A stretch of DNA of 64,000 nt from Octopus sinensis. Its lineage: Eukaryota. Within the stretch, counting starts at the first letter, position 1. Each line of letters opens with the position of its first letter. The stretch covers positions 51,832,001-51,896,000 of the forward strand of contig NC_042997.1 in NCBI RefSeq assembly GCF_006345805.1, given 5' to 3'. A model generated the notes under the pieces. The model worked only from the letters and a program-made list of their open reading frames with translations, did no database searches and had not been told where the DNA came from. The position numbers and the translations under genes are program-made. Below, in pieces: positions 38,376-52,485 of the stretch.

Positions 38376-39425
38376 AAAAGCTAATGGAAATATTAGTTAA
38401 CACAACAGTTAAGTTACCATCAGTATTTCCTTTCATGAAGAAAATGAATTTTGAAAGTTTTCCTTTCTAGAATAGGCCCTTCTTTCAATTACTCATCTCT
38501 CTCTTTTGTGATGTTTTGCTCTGCATGTACATCCTGTACTATTATATTTCTGTTTGACTTTGGAATCTGAAAAGAAAAAAAAAAAAGAAGAAAAAAACTG
38601 AAATTAGCAGTAAAAGTTTCTTCAGTTCTTGTTGAAATTTCATTTTCTGCCCTTTCTGTTTTAATTGCAAACAGAAAATGTGCTAATTTGGTGATGATAC
38701 TGATTCTATTGCTTGTTTGCATACCTAGTACAGCCTTACTTTTTTTACTTATAGTCATCTATTTTTTTTATGTATATACTGCCTCTTCATACATATGTAT
38801 CACTCTATTTTTCTTTGTAGTCACCATGGTTATGTATTTTAATAACTTCCCATTTATTGTCTAGTCAATACTTCCCTCTTATCAGTAGGACTTTTCTCAT
38901 CAGTCTTTTTTTATCCAGAGGTTAGATTACATATTGTATTTTGGTGGAAGACTTGCTAATAGCACAATATTTATCAAGATATAAAGACAGGTTTCTTATT
39001 GCACCATAAAAAATATATCGCTCTATGGAAACCCTATTGTATAATTGCTAAATTTCAATTCATATTGGAAGAAAATGATAGATTTGCAGTTGGCAAAGCC
39101 TGTGAAGTTACCTTATTGGTGATGTATTGTTATAACTTTGAATAATCTGGAGTCAAGAAATCTTGAAGAATGCAGTAATAATAGTGACCAGCTTAGAGGT
39201 ACACCATTTGATGGTGATGGCTGGAACTGCCTGAGATAGTTGTGATAGCTTGAAAGTGGAATTTACTCTTAAGGAAGATATTTTCTTAATACATTTAATA
39301 AAGAATGAGTAGAGTATATAATTTAATTACTTACCTTAATCTTTTTTAAGTATATGTTGATTATGTGATAAAATTAGAAACATCATTGCTTCTTGTTATA
39401 TAGATTTTTGTTTCTTTTTTTACAG

Positions 39426-39553
39426 TGACTGAAGCTGAAATGAAGCGTTTAAAAAATGCTTTTAAGCGCACTTCAAACTTAAATGGATTAATGACTGAAG
39501 GCCTATTTATTAGAGAAGTTCTCTGGGAAGGAGTTCCCCCCAAATTTGCTCAG
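39426..39553 (+). CDS. USP32: Ubiquitin carboxyl-terminal hydrolase 32, coding exon 2 (128 nt)
   Basis: ttttacag acceptor, CAG/gtaaaa donor; (V)TEAEMKRLKNAFKRTSNLNGLMTEGLFIREVLWEGVPPKFAQ aligns from memory to vertebrate VTDVELKRLKDAFKRT...FIREVLGDGVPPKVAE. Confidence 0.93.
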
Positions 39554-40379
39554 GTAAAAATTGTATTTTATAGTTTCATTCTGTGTCATTAAACTGTTTT
39601 ATCTGATCTTATATCTGGCTATATTAGTCTTTTTTTGTTTTCAATGTTATCAGGTTAATTTTCTGAGGTCAATGAATGTAGTTTAGTACTGATATATATA
39701 TATATATATAAACAAAAAAATGGTAATATATAAAAATAGATTCTAAAAATATATCATTAATGGGTTTATAAGAATTAAAAAAAAATTTTTGACCTCTTGG
39801 TTTCAGCAATGATGTAACAGTCACTGAATATCTTCTAACAGGAAATTGCAGGTTTAAATGCATTGCAGTCCATTATAAGTACAAAATTGGGTACCTATAA
39901 GTTATTGGTGTTTATGCAAATTACTGTCCCACCCACCCCAAAAAAACAAGTAAAAAACTGATTTTGTACTTAAGATATTTTACTATCAACCTTTTTAATT
40001 TGGAAGTTTGAAGTTGTATTTTGGTGTATAAAAATAGGTGCTAAATATTGTTAATAAATGAAGATATTGTGTGCTAAAACTATATGCTTGTTTTTCAATT
40101 ATAGGATAAGCATTGATTGCCTAAGTGTCTACAATCTTTTAATAAGATTTTGATTTTGGGAGCTATTTTTTTAAATTTTGTTTTTGCTATAAAACATATT
40201 AAAAAAATATTTACTTCCACAATAGATTTAATGGGTAAAGTAGGTGTTGATGTAAATATATAAAAATATTTCATTGCTAATCTTGAGGTTCAAAAAATTA
40301 AAATCTCAAATTAGCACCAGCTGAATGTTATATTTAGCAGACAATAGTAAAGTTAATTTTTTTTGTTTACCATTTTAGT

Positions 40380-41030
40380 TGCTGAGAGTACTAGAAGTAC
40401 AAATATAAAAAATAATAATAGAATTGAGGATAGTAGATCTTGATATGTATATAGAGGAGATCGTTTGAGAAGCGGATGTATTGTGTGAGTTTTTATTGAA
40501 AGCAGCTAAGTGTTTCATTTTAAGTTTGTTAGGGTGTACTGGTTTGTCTGATCCCCGTGAGTAGAATGGAAGAGGAGAATTCTCATCAATGAAAGCAATG
40601 CATGTTAAGTGGGATTTGATATCAATGATGGACTGGGATTTGAAGGAAAGATGTGTAAATAATTGTATCCTTGGCATTAAAAAGTTTGGATTAGGAATAA
40701 CTAAATCATTGACAAAGAGTGGGAAAAGTGTCATAGGGATTGACAGATTCATATAATGTATGATAAAACAGTAGACCCTGTGGAAACTAGGGATGTTCTG
40801 AGTTAACAAAAACTAACGAGATAGTTCAGTGGAATAAATCTTATGCTTGAAGGAAGAAAAGTTCAGTGTTTTGAACAGAATCCTTCTTTGATGAAAGAAG
40901 AAATGTCAAATGCTGCTCAAGGATAAATAAATTAGGTTGATGTAATAAAGAAGGAAGGGAAAGGGGGAGCGAGACAATAAGTCTTAATGGAGTGAGAGGC
41001 GACTGACAATAAGAAAAGGAAGGCAAGCAG
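40380..41030 (-). mobile_element. Degenerate Jockey-group LINE RT fragment in USP32 intron 2
   Basis: PLFVNDL and RGSDKPVHPNK resemble LFINDL..YADD and WG..NLV.FN..K motifs. Confidence 0.45.
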
Positions 41031-41227
41031 ATTTGAAAAGCACTTTGGGGAGAGGAGGTCATGTTTATTTGTGTGTGTGTACACAAACAACTTTTATAGT
41101 GTTTCTATGTCATTACCTCCCCATCACAAGATATTTCTAATCTGTTGTCCTTCTTTTCATTTTCTCCTTGCTCTAGTTGGCTCTGATTGTTCCATTCTCT
41201 CTACTAACACGTTACCTCTCCACACAC

Positions 41228-41267
<40 letters not shown>

Positions 41268-41644
41268 CACTCTTCAGCATCAACTAACATATCTCACTGA
41301 GGAAGGATTTATGTCACTGAATTATAATTTTTTGATTTGGGTTACACAAAATGCCATATTGTTTTATGTAGTTTTAATATGGTGGTTCTAATATCAGTGA
41401 AGATATTCAAGTTTAATCCACAGGGGGTTTGGCCATGAGATTCACAGGCAACAGTATAAATTTGATGAATGAAAGTGGATAATGAAGAGAAATGATATGG
41501 GTATATCTATCCTCAGTGACAATGAAAGATGTTTTAGTGTCATTAAAAGTTGTTATACAATGGGCAAGGAGGGAGAGTCTACTTTGTTTGACATCAATAG
41601 ATTATCTTGTATCTTTTTATGAGTTTTATTTTTTTAAATTTCAG

Positions 41645-41750
41645 TTGATATATCGAGCATTTGGTGGCACTCCTAAAGGACTCTCTTTTAAAGATTTACT
41701 ATGTGGTTTGGTGATCTTAACACGGGGGATGCGGGAAGAGAAAATAAAAT
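41645..41750 (+). CDS. USP32: USP32 coding exon 3 (106 nt)
   Basis: tttcag acceptor, T/gtaagt donor; LIYRAFGGTPKGLSFKDLLCGLVILTRGMREEKIK. Confidence 0.95.
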
Positions 41751-44700
41751 GTAAGTACTCTTTAAAATCCTAAATAGAGAATTACATTTTAAAAGATATA
41801 TATATGCTTTGAGGATATTCTTTTCTTTTCTTCCCAGATTGTGTTTTGCACTTTCTATTGAACTTGCATGTTTTTGTTATTGACATGACTGAAAATAAAA
41901 TACCCAGTTTTTGCTATATAAACTTATCCAATAAATTCATCATTGACACAACTCAATTTGTAATTGACTTTTTGAAGTATTTTTTGTCTTTTCCAGGCAA
42001 AAACAATTTTAAGTTATGTAAAATTGCTATAAGATATTGTCATTTAAAATAAAATAAAATTAGATAATATTTATATTTCTTACTGAATTTTCTTTTCAAT
42101 TTTTAAAACATTATTCATCATAATAATTATCATTGCATTGAATATTTGCACTTGCATCCTTTAGATCAGCTTGTGATTTGTCTCAGTATGGTATCTAATT
42201 GTACATTTTAATATAGCAGCATAGATATGAGAGATAAATACCAACTATAGGATGTGGAAAGAGAGAATACTAGAAAAGAATAACTATGTGTGCATGATTA
42301 CAAAAATAATTGCAGATTTTAATCATCAGCTTCTAAGCAATATATCTCAACTCAGTATAAATTTTATTAATTGAAACAATAATCATTAAAACCTACACAT
42401 TCCTGCCAACAAGAAAACAATCTCTTTATTTTGGTAGCAAAATTCAGGAATCCTGGCACTTTGAGTTGCTATTTGGTTGTTGAAAGCCTTCTTATGGAGG
42501 GAATTGAGATGCTCGAAAAAGTGATAGTCTGGAGACTAAACTGGGTAAAGTGGAGTTTCATAGCCCAGTTAGTTCAATTTCTCTAGTCATTTGTGAAATC
42601 TGGTTGGATGTTGTCAAGGAGAAGAATTGGTACTTTTTGATTGACCAAAGCTATAATTTGAGCATTGCAGATTTTGGTGCATTTTGTTGATTCTTGACAG
42701 TTGTCTTATATTGTGATGTTTTCACCAGGATTCAAGTACTTGTTGAGGTTATATCTACAGATTTTCTATAGAAATTATTGTCAGCACTAATTTTGTTATG
42801 ACATTTCATATCTGAGATGCCAGATGTAAACAAACAATGAAGTGGAAGATGAAAAATCAGTAATGGACAAATATGACATATTTCAAGTGATGTAAGAGCA
42901 CTGCTAACACAGTAAAACACAGTATTGACATATAAAAATGTTTAATATATCTTGCTGGATATTATGGTTGCATAACAAAATACTGTGTCCCTATAAGTCA
43001 TTAATACTGAAGCAATACTATTGTTTGATTCCACTTGCCAACCACCAAACAATGGTGACTGTAAGCTTTTGATGCAATTTCAATTTGGGAGAGTGTTTTA
43101 GTACCTAGTTCAGTTATTGCCTAACACACCATTGATTGTCATACAGAATTCACTTTTGAGACATGTTACAGTGTGATAAAGAATGGATTGTTTTTGTTGT
43201 GCAAAAGCAGGATTCATGGCAACAATTTATATTTTTCCCTCAGGTCGACAAATGAGTATTTTTTATTTCCAGTGTGATGTAAATGTCAAACAATTGTTGA
43301 ATGATCAACATTTAGTTCTTCTCTTCTGTAGTCTCAGAAGTTCTTTTGTATTGGTTCCTTTCAATAATGCCCATTAATTGGTTGTCAATGCAGAAGTTTG
43401 CTGCCAATTCATCTTCAAGGTTCTTCATCACTATGAAATTTTTGGAACCAATGTTAAGTTGTATATTCATTGATTATCCCCAGGCCAAATACTTAATTGA
43501 CATTATGAGCAGTTTACAACCTGTATATTAAAATTACTCAAATTTTAATGTGAGAGCAAATCCATTCGCATAAAACAACAGATCAAAATCTGCACTTCAA
43601 AGTTATATATAACATGAACATAGTTAAATGAAGGCTTGTTCTGAAATGACTATCAAAGTTTAAAATAATAAAAGCTTGCAATATTTTTACACTAATTTAT
43701 TCATAGACTAAACATAAAAGTTACAATTAAAGTTAAAGTAGCATGTGAAAATTAATAAGCCAAGCCATCATTATGTGGCCATTATTTGGCCCATGGTTAG
43801 CCTTGATTGAAGAAATCTCTAATCAACTGAAATCTAGTCACAACCAACCTATCTTTGTTTAAGTCATAATGTATCTAGGATTACATTTTTCAATGCAGCC
43901 TTTCAATTTTAAGACAGTGTGGTGTATTTTGAAGGAGAATTGACTGCTATTTCTGGCAAATTGAACAACTGTAGAGATGCCTCATCTGTAGGCTTGTCCA
44001 CTATTGTGTTTATAGAGCAGTTATATAAATGTAGACAAACCCTAAAAATGTTTCAGATATAATATCATGAAATAAACATATAGTTACATTAATGTAAGGA
44101 TATGGACATTAAGTGATTGAAGGAATAATAATCTGAAGAATAATTGTTATACATAATTTGTGTACATGTATTATTATTTTTTCTGTTGTCTTTGCCTGGC
44201 TCTAAGGCCATATTCTGCTCATTTTGTTTTTTTGTCCCTTGTGTGTTCACTAACAGTCTCATTTCGAATTACTTTTATCCATTTTCATATGTCCATTTCC
44301 ATATTCCTTTTTCATTCTTGTTTGTTTGTCTCATTTTGTTTTGTTATGCTTTGGTTGCTTTCCAAGCAAGTTTTCTTGCTGGTTGCCTCCAGGGTGGAAG
44401 CAGTGTTATTGATAATGGCATAAAATTGTGCTCGACCCCCTGGCTAATAACTGATAAGTTGGTATTTGTTCTCCGTTCATCTGTGCGTTCAGTGTTTTTC
44501 AGCTTGACCTTGTGTATTTGTTTATTACTATACGTGTTTGACCTCTGAATATATATATAGTTTATTTCTCATAAAATATTTTACACAATATCATTAAAGC
44601 TGATTGTATATTGGAGTTAGTGTCCCTATATTAAATATACTAAAGAGTAGTTCATTCTTAGTTTCACAATAAACAATACAGTGCTAGTGAAGTTTGTTTT

Positions 44701-45320
44701 GTATATTTCTGACAGGATCTTTTTTTCTTTTTAAGTTCACTAACCCATGAAATTTCCATGTCGATTTTTAAAACCACAAATTTTGTAAATTTTCTGAATA
44801 TTTTGTACAGAAATTGTGAATAATCATATTTTTTGCTCTTTACAAAGAAATCGAATCTTTAGTATATTTTGTTTGAATAATCATTTTGCCATTGATTTCT
44901 TACACAGCTACTAAATACTTATTGATTTATAAAGCTATTAAAGATGTTCATTAGTGAATCTAAGACTATGTAATCATTCTCGCATTTCAATTTTAAAAAA
45001 GAAAAAATTCCAGCACAATTTTAGTTTTTCTTTCATTATGATTTCTTTTTGTTTTCACCAAGTGTGCAAATTTGAGCAAAATTATTTTATTTTTATTCTT
45101 TTAGTATTTTAATTTGATTTTGTGATCTTTGGAAAGATGGTGTGTAACATAGAAATAAAATAATTTAGGAAGATTTTGAAAAGTGCTGTCTTGTTATAAT
45201 ATCTTTCATCTCAGTGATAAATTTTAATATCTGGTTTCTAATTTTAGTTACTATTGCAGATTTCAAAATATTAGTAAATTTCATCATTTCAAAATGTTCT
45301 TTTTTTTTGACATTCTTTAA

Positions 45321-45545
45321 CCCTTTCGTTCGTTACCAACCCGGCTGAAACCAGCTCTGGCTCTGCAGTACAAATGTCTTGTTTTCATAAGTTTTGAATT
45401 AAAATCTTCCACCAAACCTTAGTCACAATTTATGTTCCTAGCACTAGCTGAATGATAACTAAGTTATTTTACTAAATTCTTTGTTATATTTAAAGTAATT
45501 GAAACCAACACAGAGCATCTCAAAATAAATATAGTAACGAAAGGG
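45321..45545. mobile_element. piggyBac-type MITE, 225 bp
   Basis: TTAA at 45317-20 and 45546-49; TIR ccctttcgtt(cgtt)ac / gtaacgaaaggg. Confidence 0.88.
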
Positions 45546-48500
45546 TTAATGAGTATGACAGTTCTGCTGTACTGCTTATCTCCAATCCTCTTGTGAGGTC
45601 TATAATAATCTGATCTCATGTCTTCAGTTACATTGCATGGGCAAAATCTGATGCTTTTTCTTCCTGCACTCACCAATCCACATCATTTACTCATACTAAT
45701 AATCTCTCTAATAAATTGGCTAATATCTTAAATGCTTAGGTGCTGCCTCAGCTCACTTATTCCCTCTGTTTTATGGAATTTAACATTATCCATCTAACAA
45801 ATTATACTTGATTCATTTCTCTCAAGGCTTCACAGATCTGCATTTACTGCTTATGTCTATCTACTATGGTGCTTAGTATTTCTTACATATGCTTTATGCT
45901 TTATAAAATCTGCTTTTTCCACAGAAAAATGAAACCAGTTTCTCAGAGGCCAACAATCATTTAAACTGCTTTTGTTTATCTCTTACTCTAGCTATTCTAC
46001 TTTTAGTCAGTGACCTCCAGCACTAATTAGGTCACCTTGTAAACATAAATTGTCTATTTCTAAACTGCTGTTTGAGCAAGTTCATTTCAGTAATGAAGTC
46101 ACCTAGAATATTATTTCGAATATTTCTTTGAAATTTAGAAAAAATTTATGCAATATCTATGTTTATTTTAAAGGATTCAATTAAAACTATAAGAGTTATC
46201 TTTTTCCTTTTTCTGGAAAAATTATGCCAAAAGCATGTAGAATTTTTAGTATATGTATTTAAATAATTTCCATATGATCTGAAAGGAATTTTTAAACTTT
46301 GTAAACAAATTCTAATAAATTACCACCATTGAAGTGGTAACTGCCAGAAAGAGTGAAGCAATATATTTACTTTGTCCAATTATGCACATCCTATGTTAGA
46401 TCCAGGAGAATAGACATAATATATATATTTTTTAAAAATTAGGCTTTAATCATAATTTTTCAGCTTTGTTTTCATGTAGCAGGAGTTTGATACCACTGGT
46501 CAATTGTGAGAAAGAGTTACATATAAAACTTATTTGAATATTAATTTTAAAATCCTTTTTTTCTTTGAGCTTCTACTTCAAATTTTTCTCTGATAGCTGC
46601 TGGAATAGGATAAGTTTTGCAGTTACAATTGTTTCTCTAACTGGATTCTCATTTTGCTATATGCTCAACTTCAACTGTAACAAAAAAAAAAAAAAAAAAA
46701 AAGAGAACAAACTTATAATTAGACAAACTGAGGCAAGTAGACCCTTGAGCCTTAGCTTCAAACATGTCTTGAATTCAATACAATAATTGTTGAAAGGCTT
46801 GATCTCATTATCATACTCATCTACAGTAGACCAATTCTATCATGTATAAAGCAATGATTATATCTCCTATTAATAGGACTAAGAAATGTTTTTGTGTATT
46901 TGACTTTGACAGAATGAAAACTATATTAAAATGTTAAGAATATTAATTTGCAAAGTTTGTTTTTCCAGTAATTAAAAATTTGTTGAGAATTGCATAGATT
47001 TGATATTTTAGGTTGTAGATTCTCTTCCTTGTCCCTTGGAAACATTTCTACTTAGATGAAAACTTAAATTCTGATGATTAGTAATATGCCTTAGCTTCTG
47101 AGGAATATATATTCAGTGTCATATATATATAGTATATCTGTATATCATATTCACAATACAATGTTAAAAGATCATGTATTAGCATTATCACACTAATTGG
47201 TTGTGTTGGAACACTATTTTGATAACACTTTTTTTTTTCTGCAAAACATTTGTAATATTCATGAGACATTTCTTTCAAAACAAATTTAGTGTCCACAACA
47301 TTTTACAATGATTGCAGCCAGCAACAATAGATAAGATATTGAATTTTTCCTTTATGAACGATAACTAAAGTCACAAGACAAAACAACTACTTCCATAAAA
47401 GTAAGAATTATTGATAAAGTAGTAAGCTTTAAAGATAAAACCAGTCATTGTGAAGGAAGAGCTTATTTGGAGATTGTTTTTTTTTTATTACTTCTAAAGT
47501 TTTTTTTCTTCCTTTTTCCCCCTCAAATTATATCTAAAAAAAAAATTCTTTGGCTACCATCCCATAAATTATATGATTTAGATATTTAGGAATATTACTA
47601 TATTGAGCATTCTTAAAACTACTGCTTATATTCTTGGCTAATTTAATCTATATGTTCATTCGTTGGCTCCTATACAAATAAATAAATAAATGAACTTCAA
47701 AGTTTGGCAAAGAGTTAAAATTTAAGATTATTGAACTATTACCTATCTGATTAAGAGTAAATGCCATTTCTTATCAATGTAAGCAAAAGAATAAATTTAG
47801 TCAGATTTGACCTTGATAATGTTATATTTTAGCTTTTTTACATCATAACTTTTAAAAATCTATTAAATATTTTATCCTCTTAGATGTTTCAATATTTCTG
47901 TGTTAGACTTACTCTAGAGTAAGCTTAGTAATCAGTTACTTGAAATTTAAGTGGATTGATAAATATAACTCATTGTTACTTAGCATCAAAGAAATTAGTT
48001 TTATAACCTAGCTGATAATTTCTGATAATTGCCTTGGCAGTGCTTTCTTGAAAAAATTATTCAATACAAAGTATCCATACTGAATAAATAATTGTTCTCA
48101 GTTGCTAATTTTACTAAAATATTGATTAAAAGAATTATTTTTTAGTATATTTCAATAAAGAGGTTTTGATTAATTGAGGTGTGGAGAATAAGTTGTGCAA
48201 TTTTCATACCTTCCAAGAGAACATTAGTGGCTTAATAAGAATGATGGCTACAAAGAAAACATAAAATTAGGTCACAAATTCAACTCTATATTGTTACCTT
48301 AAGATCTTTCATCTTCACCTTTATTGTACATTATGATATGTCATACTTAGAACAGATCATTGCATATGTCTCATCATTGAATGGTTATTGATAAGCATTA
48401 TTTCCTTATGATTTTTGATTCTCACCCAGTATTTAAGGATTTGTCCTCTCATAAATTATGTTAAAAAAAAAAGGAAAAAACCTTCAAACTTTAAGTTGCT

Positions 48501-49672
48501 TACAAGAATAACACTTCTTAAATTCAAATTTCATTTATTTATTATTTTTTTGTTTTCTGTTTTGCAGTCACATTTGTCCAACCTTGTGTGGGTGGGATGG
48601 TATATTATTGGTATCATTATTATAATTGTTTTTACAGCTGGATACTATATCATTAACCACTCCCTCTTGAAATAAGAGTGGATTCTGTTGTTTTGTTCAG
48701 TCAGCTAATTGCAGCAAGGAGAGTTAATGAAAGGTGGTAGACATAATCAGTGATTCGCTTTAACACTATTACAAGGCCATTACATGCCTTTTGATATAGT
48801 CCCCTATGTTACAAACATCCAAAAAGAAAATGTTAAGAGGCAAGCCATTAACCTTCTGATTCAGCCATTATTTTTGTCTAATACTTTATTTTGGAACATA
48901 ACACAATATGTAAAAGCTAATCAATGGCCATTTGGTCAGTAGTCCAGCTCTTGTGAAATTAGCATTGAATCATTTTGTTCATATTCCATTGCATAAGATC
49001 AGCCATGTTCAACTAAGAACATCATCCTCTTGTACATGTATTATGGAAGTGAAATGGATAAATTATTAACTTATCAGCTCTTGGTTTGTGAGCTCAGATC
49101 TTGTATTTTGCAATGAAAACCTTTTGTGCCTCAGTTTACTTAGTTGTTGAAAATATATTCCAGAACTTAAGAAAAACTTTCCCACAATAGCCTATCACCT
49201 TGTACAAGTGGACAATTGACTTTCAAATTCTTAATGTATCCAGCACTAGTGTTAAGTACCATCCCTATGGATACCTATGTTTCAAGAAGGATTAACTATA
49301 TCCTATTAACATATTTTGCCTATAATTATGTGATTATTTACTTTTCTCTGGCTGCCACTTAGAATATACCTATTTGATAGAAATAGGCAATTCATATTTC
49401 TGTCAGATATATTCCATTTTAGATAGCTTCTGTTTTTATGTCATGGTTCTTTAAATTTAATTTAATCTATATTAATTTTTCCTATCATTGGTTGGATGAT
49501 TTCAATTCAAGTATTTAGATTTGTTTAGCAGAAATTTTTCTGGATCAATATTTTTTCTTATGTAAACAAAGAATGGTTTAGTAGAGAGGATGCGAATCAA
49601 TGAGTTTTTATTGTAATTTATTGGTAACATTTTTCTTTGAAAGAACATGACATTTTTTTGTGCTATTCATAG

Positions 49673-49747
49673 AATTAACACCAGAAGAAGAAGAAAACAT
49701 GGGACTTTTAGCATGGTTTATTGCTAATGTCTTACAGCTTTTACAAA
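49673..49747 (+). other. Candidate alternative USP32 exon (75 nt, phase 1-1)
   Basis: ttttttgtgctattcatag acceptor, A/gtaatg donor, (GAA)4 enhancer-like tract. Open frame LTPEEEENMGLLAWFIANVLQLLQ is in frame with exon 4. Confidence 0.5.
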
Positions 49748-51131
49748 GTAATGAAAAATGTCTAATAACGTTTATGTATCTGTTGAATTATTTTTAGATA
49801 TGTTCATTACCAATTTATGTAACACTTGTATTATTGCATGCATTATAACCTTTCAGTTACAGGCACCAACAATTCTGAATTGAATGTATTCTCTATAAAG
49901 CCTTGTTATTGAAATCAAAAACAGTAATAGTTTAGTTCTAGTTTCAGTGTATAACCTTCAGTGATATAAGATCATAAGATTGATCTATCAACATCTTACA
50001 TTTCCTAATTATCTGACTGCTCTCTTTTCATTAAGTATTTTTATAGATTTGAAAAAAAATCTTATTAATCAATTAGGGTTTTAAATTGTTTTTATTTTTT
50101 ATTTCATAAGAATTTAACTTATTTAGGAAACTAATTCAGCCATTTTGTTTTGGTTACCGATACAAAGTAAAACCAATTTATAAACTGTTATTTTGTCAAA
50201 CCAATAGCTCAACATTTGGACAAATCTGCCAAATTGATTGAATGCTGTACCGTTTATTTTTATATTTTCTACATTTTGTATATTGAATATTAAATCCATT
50301 TTGTGCCATGAATAGTTATTGATTACAAAATAACAGTATCTCTTTATGTGTATAAACAAAATTGTTTTAAATGATATCAAACAACTTGAGAGAAAAAAAC
50401 TCAATAAAGGTGGGAAATAAATCAAGGCAAATTTATGGTGCACTTCCTTTGATTTTCTGCAGATCGCCATGAAAAATTAATTACTCAAAATACAATCTAT
50501 GAACAGTTAAACTACTTCTACTGCAAACAACAGCAATAGCTTCAACAATCAGTATTGCTATGGTTATTATTATTTCTGATCTGCAACTTCATTTTATTAA
50601 TGTATTTCCAGTTTATTGACTTTTATGTTTTTCCTCCATACTCTTGGACATAATTAATATTAATGATGTCACAGAAGTTAAATGAAGGCTCAATCAAACT
50701 GCAGAAAATTTATGAGGAACTGATAGAATTGATAATGTTGTTGTCTTTGTTGGTTAAAATTCCATAATTTAAACAAATTTCTTGAAGTAAGAAACTTATG
50801 GGAAATATTTATAAATTTATTTTCATGATTAATTTGTAACTACATATCAAAAAAGATCTTTTTTCATGACTAAAGGAAATTTAACTCATGAACCACAAAC
50901 ACTTTTGTTGCACTTTTGATAGGAACAGAGTTCAACTGCTATAGGACTGTAAGTATAGCTGTATGGTTAAGAAGTTTATTTTAAAATCACATGGTTCCAG
51001 TTATATTTTTAGAGAGTCTAATATCAAATATTCTTTCTATATTTTATCTTAAATGTAGCTACTATTCACTGTGAAGCTGTTAAAGAAAATATGTTAATCT
51101 CTATTTATTTAATTATTCTATTTGTTTCTAG

Positions 51132-51250
51132 TACTATTTGGGATGTATGCTGATGAAGCCTTCAGTTATATACAAAAAGAAGAAATGGATCGACGTATTT
51201 TAGAAACTGAACAACAAGTTTCCCAGTCGCTTTCAGAACTTTTTAAAGAG
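51132..51250 (+). CDS. USP32: USP32 coding exon 4 (119 nt)
   Basis: tttgtttctag acceptor, GAG/gtaata donor; (L)LFGMYADEAFSYIQKEEMDRRILETEQQVSQSLSELFKE keeps frame between exons 3 and 5. Confidence 0.88.
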
Positions 51251-52325
51251 GTAATATAGAGCAGCCATATATATGTATAAATAAATCAAATAAATTGAAT
51301 GTTTGTTGTTGTTTTGGAGGTTGGGAACAGTAGATTAATAATATCAAGCTTAAGAAAAGAAATATTTTAATGTAGAATCAAATATTTCAGGTTTCAAAAT
51401 GTTACAATTAAAAAAAAAAAATTCAGGAGTTTTAAACTGTTGAACACTGGGATCAATGTAATCAACTTATACCCTCTCCTAAAATTTTCTAGCATTGTGC
51501 TAAAATTTGAAATCAATATTTTGAGATAATTATTCAAAAAGTAATTTTTTGTTTCTGACTTTAACTTATTTATATTTAGAGTAATATCTTATGCTACAAA
51601 TATAAGTAGAGGTTAAATATGGGAAAAGAATGCTTTGTGTACATTTGGTATAAACAATATATTAAATATGTAAAGTTTAAAAAAAAATATTGTTTTTCTT
51701 CTGACTGTAATAATTAAATTGCAGTTGATATTATTTTTATTAAGGCATTATGCATAAGAAGCAGTAAAAATATTTCAATTGACTATTTCTCTTCCCTGTA
51801 ATTCTTGGCTTTATTGGAAATCAATATTATTAATTTCTGATATGGCTATAGTATGAAAATTGAATTTTCTAACTAATATTTATTTTTAATTAACACCTTT
51901 TATTAATAAAATAAACAGTTATCTTAAGCAGAAAATTTAAAAACCTTAAGTAAATGTGTGATTGCTTTAAAGTTTACACAAGTTTTTCATAGCTATACAA
52001 ATTATGAAATATTGTTAGTGAGGATTAGAATTGGCAATTCATTTTCCATAGGTTTCTTATAAAATGGTTTTGAACGATTTAATAATTGAAAAATATTACA
52101 TTTTCAAGATATGTTTATGAAAGCAGTTGCATTGATGTATAGATTTAATATATGAAACAAGGCATCCCCTCAGGTCTTCATGCTTTTATAAGCTATGTGA
52201 AGCTTTCAGCCTTACAATTGAATGTTTTATGAAAACGACTTTAGAAATAGAGTGGTGGGGAAGGGTCAACTGATAATGTTTGAGTGATTCTTTCTATTTT
52301 CTGTTTTTTCCAATCACATCTATAG

Positions 52326-52485
52326 TGTGACCAAGTGACCTATGAACAATTTAGTTCCTGGGTGAGTTTACATCCTGATGCCACTCTTTTAACCAAATGG
52401 TTGTTGTCAGAACCTCTCAGTGTGACATTATCCAATGACATGGAAACACCAACATTTTACCAAACTTTGGCTGGAGTTACACATT
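52326..52485 (+). CDS. USP32: USP32 coding exon 5 (160 nt)
   Basis: ctatag acceptor, T/gtaagt donor; CDQVTYEQFSSW...KWLLS...DMETPTFYQTLAGVTH contains the USP32 signature TPTFYQTLAGVTHL. Confidence 0.96.
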
